Shown: in pieces, positions 9,238 through 19,442 of the stretch | Layout: every line of letters starts with the position of its first letter | Numbering within the stretch: the stretch's first letter is position 1 | Source of the DNA: Pirellulales bacterium | GTDB lineage: Bacteria; Planctomycetota; Planctomycetia; Pirellulales; PALSA-1355 | Assembly (NCBI GenBank): GCA_963733035.1 | Contig: CAVTBU010000005.1 | Span: 1,824,001 to 1,888,000, forward strand | Length of the DNA stretch: 64,000 nt | Direction: 5' to 3' | Notes under the pieces: generated by a model | The model's input: only the letters and a program-made list of their open reading frames with translations | Database searches by the model: none | Told to the model about the DNA's origin: nothing | Translations under genes and position numbers: made by a program

Positions 9238-10212
9238 ATGCCGAAACACAAAGTGCTGATTACCGATTACGCCTGGCCCGACCTGGAAATCGAGCGGCGA
9301 ATCCTGGCCGAAGCCGATGCCGAACTGGTGGTCGCCACCGAAGGCCAGCGCGATCCCGCCTCGCTTGCCGGGCTGGCGGCCGACGTCGAAGCCATCATGA
9401 CCAATTGGGCGCAGGTGCCGGCCGAGGTCATCAAAAACGCGCCCCGCTGCCGGCTCGTGGCCCGACTCGGCATCGGTTTGGACAACATCGACGTGGCCGC
9501 CGCGAGCGAGCGCGGGATGTACGTGACCAACATTCCGGACTATTGCCTGATCGAAGTGGCCGAGCATGCCCTGGCCCTGCTGCTGGCCCTGTCCCGCAAG
9601 GTTGCCCACTATCATCTCCAGACGAAGTCGGGCATCTACGATCTCAAGTCGGGCCCGGTACTGCGGCGACTCGAAGGGCAAACGCTGGGCATCGTCGGCC
9701 TCGGCAACATTGGCAGTGCGCTTGCCAAGCGGGCGACGGGGCTCGGCCTCAAGGTGTTGGCCACGAGCCGTACCCGCCGCGAGCCTCCGCGGGGAGTCAG
9801 CTTCTGCGAGCTTGACACGCTGCTGGCCGAGAGTGACTACATTTCCTTGCACGTTCCGTCAACACCTGAAACGCGGCACATGATTGGCGCCGGGCAGTTC
9901 GCAAAAATGAAACCCACGGCATATCTGATCAACACGGCGCGAGGTGGCTTGATCGACCACGCGGCATTGGCGGCGGCGCTTGACAAAGGGCAGCTGGCCG
10001 GCGCAGGGCTCGACGTGCAGGAACCCGAGCCGCCCGACCTCTCGCAACCGCCGTGGAATGATCCACATGTGATTGTCACGCCGCACGCAGCGTTCGTTTC
10101 GGAGGAGTCATTGAGCGACCTGCGCATGCGCACATCGCGTCAAGTCGTGGCCTGCCTTGCGGGAGAGGAACCACCCCACATTGTCAATCGGGATCGGCGG
10201 GCGCACGGCTAG
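9238..10212 (+). CDS. D-isomer 2-hydroxyacid dehydrogenase (CtBP/SerA-like)
   Basis: GIVGLGNIG Rossmann motif, LINTARGGLID, GAGLDVQEPEP, TPHAAF; start reassigned to MPKHK. Confidence 0.93.
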   Translation: MPKHKVLITDYAWPDLEIERRILAEADAELVVATEGQRDPASLAGLAADVEAIMTNWAQVPAEVIKNAPRCRLVARLGIGLDNIDVAAASERGMYVTNIPDYCLIEVAEHALALLLALSRKVAHYHLQTKSGIYDLKSGPVLRRLEGQTLGIVGLGNIGSALAKRATGLGLKVLATSRTRREPPRGVSFCELDTLLAESDYISLHVPSTPETRHMIGAGQFAKMKPTAYLINTARGGLIDHAALAAALDKGQLAGAGLDVQEPEPPDLSQPPWNDPHVIVTPHAAFVSEESLSDLRMRTSRQVVACLAGEEPPHIVNRDRRAHG

Positions 10213-10523
10213 CGCGGGCGTGAGGTCGCGCAGCCGTCACAATCGGCAGAACCTTCCGCCGATATGTGCGCCATGCTGTGCGTGCTTTGACCCCTCGGAA
10301 CCCATGGCCTATACGTATTTAGGGCCAATTGGGCGAGAACTTTCCCGCTTGCGTGCGGCGACGCCGTAAGCGGGCGTGGCAAGGCTATTTGCGTAGCACA
10401 TGCAAACGATCCTTCGCCGCCTTGCCTCGCTGGTGAACAAACTGCCGCTTTGCCGGGCTACTCGGCTCGTTGACGGGCAGCGGGCAAAGTCGTCGCCTGT
10501 AGCAGTGGGCACAACATTCGAAA

Positions 10524-12059
10524 ATGGCAACCATGGAAGAAAAAAGCCTTGGCTCGGGCGGGAGCTCCGAACATGGTTCGGGCATTGAAGGACCGCATGG
10601 CGAGCGGCGGCGGCGTGCCCACGAGATCCTCGCCGTGCAAGAAAGTTATCTTGAGCGGCTCGAGAACGAGCTAACCGCACAGCTCCAGCTGCTCGCCGAC
10701 GAAGTGCAGCAATCGGTCCAGCTATCCGAAGCGGCCTCGGGCGAGCAGGGAGAATCCGCAGCGGTTTCGGCACTCCAGACGCAGCTCGACGCGCTCAAGC
10801 AGCAGTTCGAAGCGTTGGACGCCCAATGCGAGCAACTTCGTGGGCAGAACGATCAGGCTCGGCTAGATCAGGCGAGGCTCGAACAGGAACTGCGAGTTCG
10901 AGAGACGCTGCTGAAGGAGTCACAATGCCGCGACGAGCAGCGCCACGTTGAATCGGCCGCGCTTCGCCAGGAACTTGCCGACGTGCAGGCTCAGTTTTCC
11001 GCCGCACGAAACCGTCAGACCGCACTCGAACAAGAGTTGACGACCGAGCGAGACCGCTTCGAGACTCGACTCGAAGAGACGAAAGCACAGCGCAGGCGAA
11101 TCGCTCGCGAATTCAAGCAGCAGCGTGCCGAGCATCTGGCGGAGTTGGCCGAGCGAAAGGCCGAATTGGAGACCCTGGCTCGAACGAGCGACCGAGAACT
11201 GCAAGCACAACTGGAAGCGCTCAAGGCCGAACTGCAACGGGCGACCGAGGAGCACGCGCGCGAACTCGCCGAACTCCGAAATACACCGACGAGTGACGCG
11301 GATCCGGCGGCGCTTCAGGAGTTGCGCAAGGAGCGCGATCAGTTGTCCCAACGGTTGGCGATGGCGGAAGCCAAGCTGACCGAGGCTGCCTCCGACGCGG
11401 AACAGGATCCTCGCAAGCGCGACGAATTGCAGCGGCGCTTTGAAATGGCCGTCGAGGAAGTGCGAGAACTCAAGCGGACCAACGCGGAACTGGAGAATAA
11501 GCTCAAGAGCCGCGGCGGAAATAGTGGCGCTGGCGGGTCGCCAGCACCGGGTGGCGGGCTCGACTGGGAAGCTCAGAAACAGCGTCTGCTGGCGTCGCTG
11601 GAGGCTGATAGCGACGACGAAGATGACGAAGCGGCCCGCGAGGAGCGAACCAGCATCGAGGGAACGATTCGCATCACGGACCAGATCGTCGCACAAAAAG
11701 ATCTGGAGATTGCCGAGCTCAAAGAGCAACTCGAACACCACGTGGGAATGTCAGACTCTTCCCTTTCCTCAGCCGCCGCCGAGTTGCTCGATAACGATGA
11801 AGTCATACGCCAGGAGCGCGAGAAGCTCTCCCAAATGCAGGCCGAGTGGCGAGAGAAGATTGGGGAGGCTGAGATCGAGATCTCCGTCCAACGAGCAAAA
11901 TTGGCCCGCGAACGCGCCGAGGTTGACGAGAAACTTCGCCAGCTCCAAATTGAGCAGGAAAACCATGTTCCGCACGAGGATTCATCCGAGCCAGGCAAAC
12001 CCGTCCGAGGCCGCTGGCTGGCCCGCTTGGGCTTGAAAGACCTGGACGAAGGCAAATAG
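10524..12059 (+). CDS. Long coiled-coil hypothetical protein
   Basis: E/Q/R/L-rich heptad pattern over most of 511 aa; ends RGRWLARLGLKDLDEGK. Confidence 0.85.
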   Translation: MATMEEKSLGSGGSSEHGSGIEGPHGERRRRAHEILAVQESYLERLENELTAQLQLLADEVQQSVQLSEAASGEQGESAAVSALQTQLDALKQQFEALDAQCEQLRGQNDQARLDQARLEQELRVRETLLKESQCRDEQRHVESAALRQELADVQAQFSAARNRQTALEQELTTERDRFETRLEETKAQRRRIAREFKQQRAEHLAELAERKAELETLARTSDRELQAQLEALKAELQRATEEHARELAELRNTPTSDADPAALQELRKERDQLSQRLAMAEAKLTEAASDAEQDPRKRDELQRRFEMAVEEVRELKRTNAELENKLKSRGGNSGAGGSPAPGGGLDWEAQKQRLLASLEADSDDEDDEAAREERTSIEGTIRITDQIVAQKDLEIAELKEQLEHHVGMSDSSLSSAAAELLDNDEVIRQEREKLSQMQAEWREKIGEAEIEISVQRAKLARERAEVDEKLRQLQIEQENHVPHEDSSEPGKPVRGRWLARLGLKDLDEGK

Positions 12060-12085
12060 CACGGCCCACTTGGCGGCCATGCGCG

Positions 12086-13279
12086 TTATTCCTGTAGGGG
12101 CACGCTGCTGGTGCTCGAGAGTACCGCCTCGGCTTCCGACACACCGCGCGGATCCTGTTCGCGCAGTTGCAAGAGCGCCTCACGCGAGACTGGCTGAGGG
12201 CACGCAAGCAAATAACCCACAATAGCGCGGCGAATTGCCGGCTGCGAATACTCTGGCTTGCCGTATAACGCCGTGATGTCAGCCAACGCCTTCCATGCCT
12301 GCCAGCGAGCCAGATCGGTAATCGTTGCCTCGGCAAACTCGGGCCGCGCCAGCAGGTGTTGCACGGCCGCCGCCAGCCGCTCTGGCGGAATCTCGCGGCC
12401 GTACTCGTGATAAAATCGCAGGGCGGTCATCGCGTGCCGCACGTCGCCCACTGCCGCCTGCGGATTGGCGAAGTAGCGTGCATTGAGCAGGTCGAGCCCC
12501 TCGACGCCTTGTAGTAACAAGTATCCGCCAAGTATCCCGTCAAAGCCCGCTCGAAAGTCGTCGTCGGGAGCCACAATCAGTTGTCTTAATACTCGCGCGT
12601 TGGCTCTCCGCGTTTGTGGATCGCGTGCGAGCCCCAGCGCTAGGCCATAAAATCCCTTTCGATGGGAGGGAACGTTCGGATCACTCAGCCAAGCGGCAAT
12701 TCGTTGCATTGGGAGCAATCCAGCGGACTCGGCCACCAAGTCGAACGGAGCGTGGGCGAACTCCAGATAGGCATCTTCGGCCACAACTTGGTTAGGGTGC
12801 TCAAGAAAAGTCGCGAAATAGCGCAGCCGTTGCTCAAGTGGCGTTAACCCCCGCGGAGCTTGGGCAAAGTAGGCATAGCTTACTTCGTCGACTGCCACAG
12901 CATGCCATTCAAGGCCGGTAGCCGTCCGGCTGCCAAACAGTATGAGCAGCTCGCCGGGACTCACGGCCAAATCCAGCGGAACTGTAAGTTGCGTCGCAGC
13001 AGGCAGAACTTCCTCGCCCGAAAAAACACGATGCAACTTGACGGTTACCGGGCCAGCGGCACGGGCCGATTGAACTTCCGCCAACACCGTTGCCGCGGCC
13101 GCAGCTTGCTGCTGGCAGAGCGTAGGCTTCTGCGCGGTGCAAAATGGACAGCCAAGCGCAGGCCCGGCCGTCAGGATACAGATCAACGCCTGCAGAGCGG
13201 CAAAGCACCTTGCCCGCCCGCGAGCGCGACTATTTGACCTGTTTACCGTCGAGATGATAGATGGCCAGATAGTTGCCAT
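12086..13279 (-). CDS. Secreted CPFC-motif hypothetical protein (paralog B); true start probably ~13190-13230
   Basis: Signal peptide then CPFC; shares AY.EFA.AP, DLARW..W and YL.ACPQP with 14393..15916. Confidence 0.85.
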   Translation of the reverse strand: MATIWPSIISTVNRSNSRARGRARCFAALQALICILTAGPALGCPFCTAQKPTLCQQQAAAAATVLAEVQSARAAGPVTVKLHRVFSGEEVLPAATQLTVPLDLAVSPGELLILFGSRTATGLEWHAVAVDEVSYAYFAQAPRGLTPLEQRLRYFATFLEHPNQVVAEDAYLEFAHAPFDLVAESAGLLPMQRIAAWLSDPNVPSHRKGFYGLALGLARDPQTRRANARVLRQLIVAPDDDFRAGFDGILGGYLLLQGVEGLDLLNARYFANPQAAVGDVRHAMTALRFYHEYGREIPPERLAAAVQHLLARPEFAEATITDLARWQAWKALADITALYGKPEYSQPAIRRAIVGYLLACPQPVSREALLQLREQDPRGVSEAEAVLSSTSSVPLQE

Positions 13280-13691
13280 CGGGACCCTTCAGCTCGCGAA
13301 TTGAAAAATTGCCTTCAACGCTCACCGGCCGCACGGTAAACGTGGCCGATTCCGGCGGCAGCATTTCCACGACGATGCAATCGTGCAGCAGCGCGCCTGG
13401 CCCAAAGCAACATTCCATGTTATCGCGGACCAGGATAAACTGTTTGATGCCGGTCTGCTGAAAGCTCGGCAAAATATACCCGCGAATCCGGATCGATTTT
13501 CCGTCGAGGCTTTTGACCTTGTCGGTGAGGATCGAAGAATCGTAAGGATCGCCCTTCTTTAAATCCAGTTTGATGTCGTCGAATGTGATTTCCTTAACCG
13601 AACCGGTTGGCGCGTCGCCGGCCGGGGCTCGGCGAGCAGCGACCGCCAAGCTTAGGATACAGACTACGGCGGCGAACAGCGGACGAGTCAT
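13230..13691 (-). CDS. DUF3299-like (ZrgD-like) periplasmic protein
   Basis: Signal peptide; LDGKSIRIRGYILP, FILV, CCFG. Confidence 0.85.
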   Translation of the reverse strand: MTRPLFAAVVCILSLAVAARRAPAGDAPTGSVKEITFDDIKLDLKKGDPYDSSILTDKVKSLDGKSIRIRGYILPSFQQTGIKQFILVRDNMECCFGPGALLHDCIVVEMLPPESATFTVRPVSVEGNFSIRELKGPDGNYLAIYHLDGKQVK

Positions 13692-14362
13692 TTCAAATAG
13701 TCGGCCTTGAGATGATAGAACACGCCCCCTTTGGCTCCATCGATCGCTGAGTCGTGGGGCTCAACGTGGAAGGTGCCACCCAGCTTGTGCAATCGGGGCT
13801 GATAGGTCAACTCCAGCGGCTGCTCCAGCGTGACCTGAATGCGATCGGTGATCTTGGGATCTCCGCCGAAACAACAGTCACCCTGGTCACGGACTAGCAG
13901 AAACTCGTGAATTCCATCCTTCCGTTGGCCCGGATAAACGTAGCCCTTGATGAAGATTTTCTTGCCTTCCAACTGCAGCGCGGTTGGTGGAACCAACTGT
14001 CCCGGCTGCGATGCGTCGGGTTGCAAGTCGGCGTACGAGATTCGTGCATAACCGTCGGGCACTTCCGTCACGTAAACGTAGGAGAGCCAGGCGGGACCAA
14101 GAACTCCAAAGAGCAACGAAAGCACCAGACCGGCCTTGGCCAGCCCCTCGCCACTCAACTCCTCGCGATGGCGCCGAACTTTGAACAAGGCGACTAGCGA
14201 AAGGGGAGCGCCGATCCAGGGCACGACCACCAACGTCCACGAGAGGATTGCCAATGGACTCAGGAACCCGACGATCAGGCTGGCAACGGCAGCAGTCGAT
14301 AGCGCCCGGTAGCGTTGATAGTCATCCGCAGGCGCGCTTGGCGATGCGAGATCGATGCTCAT
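13688..14362 (-). CDS. Membrane protein: DUF4190-like TM region plus DUF3299-like domain
   Basis: TM helices ending LSGEGLAKAG, then LEGKKIFIKGYVYP...FLLV...CCFG; 4-nt overlap with the next gene. Confidence 0.82.
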   Translation of the reverse strand: MSIDLASPSAPADDYQRYRALSTAAVASLIVGFLSPLAILSWTLVVVPWIGAPLSLVALFKVRRHREELSGEGLAKAGLVLSLLFGVLGPAWLSYVYVTEVPDGYARISYADLQPDASQPGQLVPPTALQLEGKKIFIKGYVYPGQRKDGIHEFLLVRDQGDCCFGGDPKITDRIQVTLEQPLELTYQPRLHKLGGTFHVEPHDSAIDGAKGGVFYHLKADYLK

Positions 14363-14392
14363 GGTAGAAATGCAACGCGTGAAACGACGGGA

Positions 14393-15916
14393 TCAACCAA
14401 CCGAGCGCTGACCGCCCTTGAGTATTCCCCAGAACGCAACGGCCAATACCAGCGCGGACACAATCATGCCGACCATCACCGGCAAACTTCGAACCGGTGG
14501 CCCGGGTACGGCGGCAGCCGCAGGCGCCAGATGCCCCAGAATGGCCGAGGGCTTGGCCTCGCTCACTTCGATTCCCCGCACTCGCGGCTGTGGTGTGGCC
14601 GACGACTGCGTGTTGGGAGCCGACGACGTCTTCTTTTCCGTAGGTGCCTGGCCACTATTCGCTGCGCCAGCAGGAGCGGGTGATGCGTTTATCTTTGAGT
14701 CTTCGCTGTCGGTGGGTTTTTCTTCGGACTTATTGGCTCCCGCCGTCGTTCCCGCGGCCGCGGCACCGAGCGGAAAAAACGAATTCGCCCGCTTAATGCT
14801 TTCTGGATCGATCTTCGCCAGCTCGTCGATCTTTTGCTTTGCTTCTGGCTGGGGGCAGGCCCGCAAGTAGTTGATGACCGGTACGCGAACCCAACTGGAC
14901 TCTTCGTCAGATGTCTTGAAAAGCTCGACCAACCGGTCCATCACCGACCAGTCCTCCCAGCGAGCCAGATCCGGAATCACCAGATCAGCCAATTGCGGGC
15001 GATCGAGCATCATCCGCAGCCCCACCAACAGGCGATCCTTGGAGATGATCTTCTCCTCGGTGCCATGGAACCGCAGGGCCATAATCGTGGCGTAAGTGTC
15101 TGTATATTCGGCATCCTTGTTCTTCAGGAACAAGTCTTCGACAAGTGGCATCCCTTCCGGCCCCTTGAGCGTCAGGTAAGACGCCACCAAGGCGTCGAGC
15201 GCACCTTTGGTTTGGCGGTCCTTTGATTTAATCATTTCTTCGAGAACCGGGATGTCTTTCTGGTCGCCGGCGGCGCCGAGCATCGTCAAGTAGAGGCGGC
15301 GGCGGCTAACCGGAATTTCGGTGCTCTGGATCCACTCCAGCAGCTTCTCGTGGTGCATCCGCGGGGCCAATCCCAGGACCTCGGAGTAGGGCGCCTTAGC
15401 GAATTCGTCATAGGCATCCCGCGCTAGCGTCTCGTCCTTGTCCTCCAGGTAGTCCTGAAAAAACACCAGCCGCTCAGGGCCATCCTTCGGCAAGTCCATC
15501 GAATTGACAACGTAGTCGATGCCGCGATCGGTGATTGCAATGGGCGTGCTCCAATTGATGTTCGGTGGATCGATGCCCATGATCAGAAACGTCGTGCCGA
15601 CCGGGCTGTCACCGAAATAGACCGCGTCGATCGTCCGCTCCTTGCCGAGGGCTTCCTCACCCTTGAGCACCTTAATGATTTCGAATTTCGCTTTCGCGAC
15701 GTCGAGCGAGTTGGTGTCGCTGGGCGGCGGCGGCGGCTCGGTCAACTTGGCGATGACCGCTACTTGTGAGTTATTGATCTCCTCGCTGAACGTGAGCGAC
15801 ACAGCGCTGCAAAATGGGCAGGCCAGTGCCCGGTAGGTAATTGCCGTCAATGAGCCGACCGCAGCCACCAAGGCCAACACCCAGGCGACCACAACGCGCA
15901 ACTTGAAGAAGGTCAT
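14393..15916 (-). CDS. Secreted, C-terminally anchored CPFC-motif hypothetical protein (paralog A)
   Basis: GAGGA RBS before MTFFK; signal peptide ending ALA|CPFC; helical core, low-complexity linker, C-terminal TM helix. Confidence 0.88.
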   Translation of the reverse strand: MTFFKLRVVVAWVLALVAAVGSLTAITYRALACPFCSAVSLTFSEEINNSQVAVIAKLTEPPPPPSDTNSLDVAKAKFEIIKVLKGEEALGKERTIDAVYFGDSPVGTTFLIMGIDPPNINWSTPIAITDRGIDYVVNSMDLPKDGPERLVFFQDYLEDKDETLARDAYDEFAKAPYSEVLGLAPRMHHEKLLEWIQSTEIPVSRRRLYLTMLGAAGDQKDIPVLEEMIKSKDRQTKGALDALVASYLTLKGPEGMPLVEDLFLKNKDAEYTDTYATIMALRFHGTEEKIISKDRLLVGLRMMLDRPQLADLVIPDLARWEDWSVMDRLVELFKTSDEESSWVRVPVINYLRACPQPEAKQKIDELAKIDPESIKRANSFFPLGAAAAGTTAGANKSEEKPTDSEDSKINASPAPAGAANSGQAPTEKKTSSAPNTQSSATPQPRVRGIEVSEAKPSAILGHLAPAAAAVPGPPVRSLPVMVGMIVSALVLAVAFWGILKGGQRSVG

Positions 15917-16052
15917 GCTCAGTTCCTCGCGATAGTTCAAAGGTAGGAGGGCAAGGCAGGGATTCGGTCCGTTTGCATGCCGCCAAGTTGCCAAAACGGC
16001 AGATTGTTTCGCATGTATTAAGGGCGACAGTCCGCCCCTCGTGTGACTCGAC

Positions 16053-17411
16053 TTAGGGAGTGGCCGTCAGGGCCTTGGCCACGTCGGTCCGGTACGCCGC
16101 CAGGGCGGGCAAGTAGCCCACCAGCGACGCCAGCAAGATCAGCGCTGGTATTATAACCAATTCATAGCTGACGAACTGGAAGAAGCCGACCGAAACCCCC
16201 GTTTGTACGGTGATCCACGGATTGAGCAGGGCGATGAGGCCGTGTCCGATGACCCAACCGGCCAAACCACCTGCCAAACTCAGCAGAATCGATTCGAGCA
16301 GAACCAACACCATGACCGTCTGGCGCCCGGCCCCCAGGGCCCGCATGACGGCAATTTCGTGCTGGCGCTCCGACATCGAATTATAAATGCTTACCAGGAT
16401 ACCAATGCCCGAGACGACCACGATCATCACGGTCAGGCTCAGCAGCACAATCCGCAAGGGGTCGACGAACGTCGAAAAAAGCGTGGCCATCTCGCGAATC
16501 GGCAGCACGGCCTGAGCCACGTTTCCCTCGTTGATGCTCTTGATCAGCGGCGGGGCCATCAATTCGGGCGGGGCACCGGCGAAGCTGGCCGTCAGTACCA
16601 GCACGGCCGTGACTTCACGTTTGTCGAGGGGCACCGGTTCAGGATGTTCGTGCTCGTGTGCGTGCTCATGGTCGTGATCCACCTGTTTCTCGGTGGAATC
16701 TTCTTCGTGTCGGTCCGCGGCGGGCTGGGCCGACTTCGCCGTGGCTGCCGGTTCCAAATCGGTACGATGTTCGGGAATCAGGTAGAAACCTTCCATGTTG
16801 ATCAACACGGCGCGGTCGTTCGGGGTGCCGGTGGGATTGAGTACGCCAACCACGGTGAATTTCTCGGCATGGACGTGTGCTTCGGGTCCGCCGCTGTGCG
16901 AGGGTTGAAACTGATCACCGACTTTTAGCCCCGTCTCGCGCGCCACGCTGGCGCCGACCACCGCGCCAAAGAACTCATCCTGCTTGAAGTTTCGGCCGTC
17001 GGCAAACGAGTAAGGGTTACCGCCATAATCCAGGTCGTTCAAGAAACCGGGGTTGGTGCCCACGACGCGAAAATCTTGATAGGTATCACCCAAGCAAATG
17101 GGGACGGCCTTGCCGACGTACTGCGAGTATTTTCCCTCGGTCAGTTCCTGGTAGAAGGTGTAGGGAATGTTCTCGACCGGCCTGGCCAGGTAATAGACGG
17201 TGTTGAGCACCAAGTCCAATCGTCCACCCTTCGCTCCCACCACGACGTTGTAACCGAGCGCCGAATTATTCATGAACGAGTCACTAATCGCGCCATGAAT
17301 GACCAGGACGGCGACCACTAGCATCACACCCAATGCCATGGAAAAACCCGTCAGACTGGACGCCAATGCGCGCTGCTGGATGCTTCGCCAGGCTATCTTC
17401 CAAAGACTCAT
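16053..17411 (-). CDS. MacB/FtsX-type ABC transporter permease with His-rich periplasmic insert (ZrgC-like)
   Basis: IAWRSI, VVGAKGG, ERQHEIAVMRALGA; HDHEHAHEHEH insert. Confidence 0.93.
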   Translation of the reverse strand: MSLWKIAWRSIQQRALASSLTGFSMALGVMLVVAVLVIHGAISDSFMNNSALGYNVVVGAKGGRLDLVLNTVYYLARPVENIPYTFYQELTEGKYSQYVGKAVPICLGDTYQDFRVVGTNPGFLNDLDYGGNPYSFADGRNFKQDEFFGAVVGASVARETGLKVGDQFQPSHSGGPEAHVHAEKFTVVGVLNPTGTPNDRAVLINMEGFYLIPEHRTDLEPAATAKSAQPAADRHEEDSTEKQVDHDHEHAHEHEHPEPVPLDKREVTAVLVLTASFAGAPPELMAPPLIKSINEGNVAQAVLPIREMATLFSTFVDPLRIVLLSLTVMIVVVSGIGILVSIYNSMSERQHEIAVMRALGAGRQTVMVLVLLESILLSLAGGLAGWVIGHGLIALLNPWITVQTGVSVGFFQFVSYELVIIPALILLASLVGYLPALAAYRTDVAKALTATP

Positions 17412-18079
17412 GCCGTCGCCACCGCCTGGTTGAAGGATTCCAGTCGTTCCACGCGTTCGAATTGCTCGGCGACTTCCGGCGTGTGCGTGACCAGCAGCAG
17501 GGCCACGTTTTCCTCCCGGCAGGTGGAGCGTATCAGATCGATGATATGTTGTTGATTGCCCGAGTCGACGTTGGCCGTCGGTTCGTCAGCCAGCAGCAGC
17601 TTCGGCCGGTTTGCCAACGACCGGGCGACAGCGACACGCTGTTGCTCGCCCACCGACAGGGCCGTTGGGCGATGCGTCATACGATGCTTGAGCCCAACCC
17701 GCTCGAGCAGGTCGCGAGCCCGGGCGGCGTCAGCACGACGATTGGCGAACGTCATGCCCAGCAGCACGTTCTCAAGCGCCGAGAAGCCGGGCAACAAGTT
17801 GAACGTCTGAAAGACATATCCGAGCTTGTCGGCGCGGAACCGATCACGTCCGGCTTCGCTGAGCCCAACTATGTTGGTGCCATCAATCTGCACCGAGCCG
17901 GAATCCGGGCGGCTGAGGCCTGAAATTACATGCAGCAGCGTCGTCTTGCCACAACCGCTACGGCCCATCAGCACGACCTGCTCGCCCGACTCGACGCGAA
18001 ACTCGCGAATATCGAGAATGGGCAACCGGCTGCCATCCGGTTCGCGGAATGATTTACAGACATCCTTCAGCAGCAACAT
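17408..18079 (-). CDS. ABC transporter ATP-binding protein (LolD/MacB type)
   Basis: Walker A GRSGCGKT, LSVGEQQRVAVAR, LLLADEPT; ATGA overlap with the permease; start reassigned to MLLLK. Confidence 0.95.
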   Translation of the reverse strand: MLLLKDVCKSFREPDGSRLPILDIREFRVESGEQVVLMGRSGCGKTTLLHVISGLSRPDSGSVQIDGTNIVGLSEAGRDRFRADKLGYVFQTFNLLPGFSALENVLLGMTFANRRADAARARDLLERVGLKHRMTHRPTALSVGEQQRVAVARSLANRPKLLLADEPTANVDSGNQQHIIDLIRSTCREENVALLLVTHTPEVAEQFERVERLESFNQAVATA

Positions 18080-18321
18080 GGCCGATTCGATAGCTCCAGG
18101 GTTTGCAGCCGTTTGCATTGCGTCGGTGAAGTCCGCATGAAACTTCCTCGACCAGAAGACGGGGCCCGATTCGTCCCAACGCGTTACATCCTAAAAGGTT
18201 ATCGCCGCACCACAAGGGCAATTCAGCATCGCGCGCAACTCGATCGGATGCCGCCGATTGCGTTACTTGCAGATACGGGCGGCTGGCGAAAATGGTTCGA
18301 TTTCGGGCAATTCCCCATGCG

Positions 18322-18720
18322 CTACGCATGCTCCTCGATAATGGCGTCGGCCTCGATTTCGATCATCATTGCGGGATCGACCAGCCGCGCGACTTCCACC
18401 ATGCTGGTCACGGGACGAATGTCGTGAAAGAAATCACCGTGGGCGCGGCCGTATTCCTCCCAGCGGCTGATATCGGTAACGAACATCCGCGTGCGGACGA
18501 CGTGCTGCAGCGTGGCGCCAGCCTTGGCCAAAGCCCCTTCAATATTCCGGAGCGTTTGCACCGTCTGTGCGTATGCATCTCCGTGCCCGACGATCTGACC
18601 GTGGTGATCCGTCGCCGTGGTACCGGCAACGAACACGCGCTGGCCGACTCGCACGGCCCGCGAATAGCCCACGATCGGTTCCCATTTTCCACCCGATGAA
18701 AAGCGCTGTCGCTCGGCCAC
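18322..18720 (-). CDS. RidA/YjgF/UK114 family protein
   Basis: [32 protein letters not shown]. Confidence 0.93.
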   Translation of the reverse strand: MAERQRFSSGGKWEPIVGYSRAVRVGQRVFVAGTTATDHHGQIVGHGDAYAQTVQTLRNIEGALAKAGATLQHVVRTRMFVTDISRWEEYGRAHGDFFHDIRPVTSMVEVARLVDPAMMIEIEADAIIEEHA

Positions 18721-18810
18721 TTCACATTCTCCTGGCAGGCCCTAGCGGATGAAGGCGGACGGAAGAACGTGGGCGGCTCAGTGCCACATTCCCGCGTCGG
18801 GCTTCAGTCG

Positions 18811-19302
18811 CTAGCCTCTGCGCACGGCACGTTCGATGTCGCGCTGCATCGACTTCTTTTTCAGCACCTCGCGTTTGTCGTACAGTTTGCGCCCCTTGCA
18901 AATACCCAGCAGTACCTTCGCGCGGCCTTCCTTGAAGTACATTTTCAGGGGCACCAGCGTCAGGCCCTGCTCGTAACCCTTGCTGGCGAATTTCTTGATC
19001 TCGCGGCGATGCAATAGTAGCTTGCGGGGGCGGCGGCGATCGTGGTTGAATTGGTTGGCCTCGGTATATTCGGCGATGTCGCAGCCCATCAGCCACACTT
19101 CGCCGTCCTTCATGCGACCGTAGGCCTCGTCGAGCGAAATGGTCCCCTTGCGCAGGCTCTTCACTTCGCTGCCCACCAGCACGATGCCGCACTCCAACGT
19201 GTCGATCACCTCGTACTCGTGGCGGGCTTTGCGATTTTGCGCGATCAGCCGCTCGTTATCATGCTCGCGGTCGACTGCGGGTTTTTTCTTGCTTTTCGCC
19301 AT
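18811..19302 (-). CDS. smpB: SsrA-binding protein SmpB
   Basis: IAQNRKARHEY, GIVLVGSEVKSLR, RKLLLHRREI, GRKLYDKRE. Confidence 0.97.
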   Translation of the reverse strand: MAKSKKKPAVDREHDNERLIAQNRKARHEYEVIDTLECGIVLVGSEVKSLRKGTISLDEAYGRMKDGEVWLMGCDIAEYTEANQFNHDRRRPRKLLLHRREIKKFASKGYEQGLTLVPLKMYFKEGRAKVLLGICKGRKLYDKREVLKKKSMQRDIERAVRRG

Positions 19303-19442
19303 GTGGGAGGAGACGCCGACGACGGGAATCGGGTTCACCGCGGCTGGGGGCATCGACGAAACGTCGCCGCAGGCGGTATTATTTTATACACCATCGCCCC
19401 TGGTCGACGAATGGCCGTCTGGGGGCCAGTCGAGGAAAGAGC

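Noticed and set aside
18080..18321. Zur/Fur box upstream of the ABC operon
   Set aside because: Only weak partial dyads such as TGCAAACGGCTGCA; not supportable.
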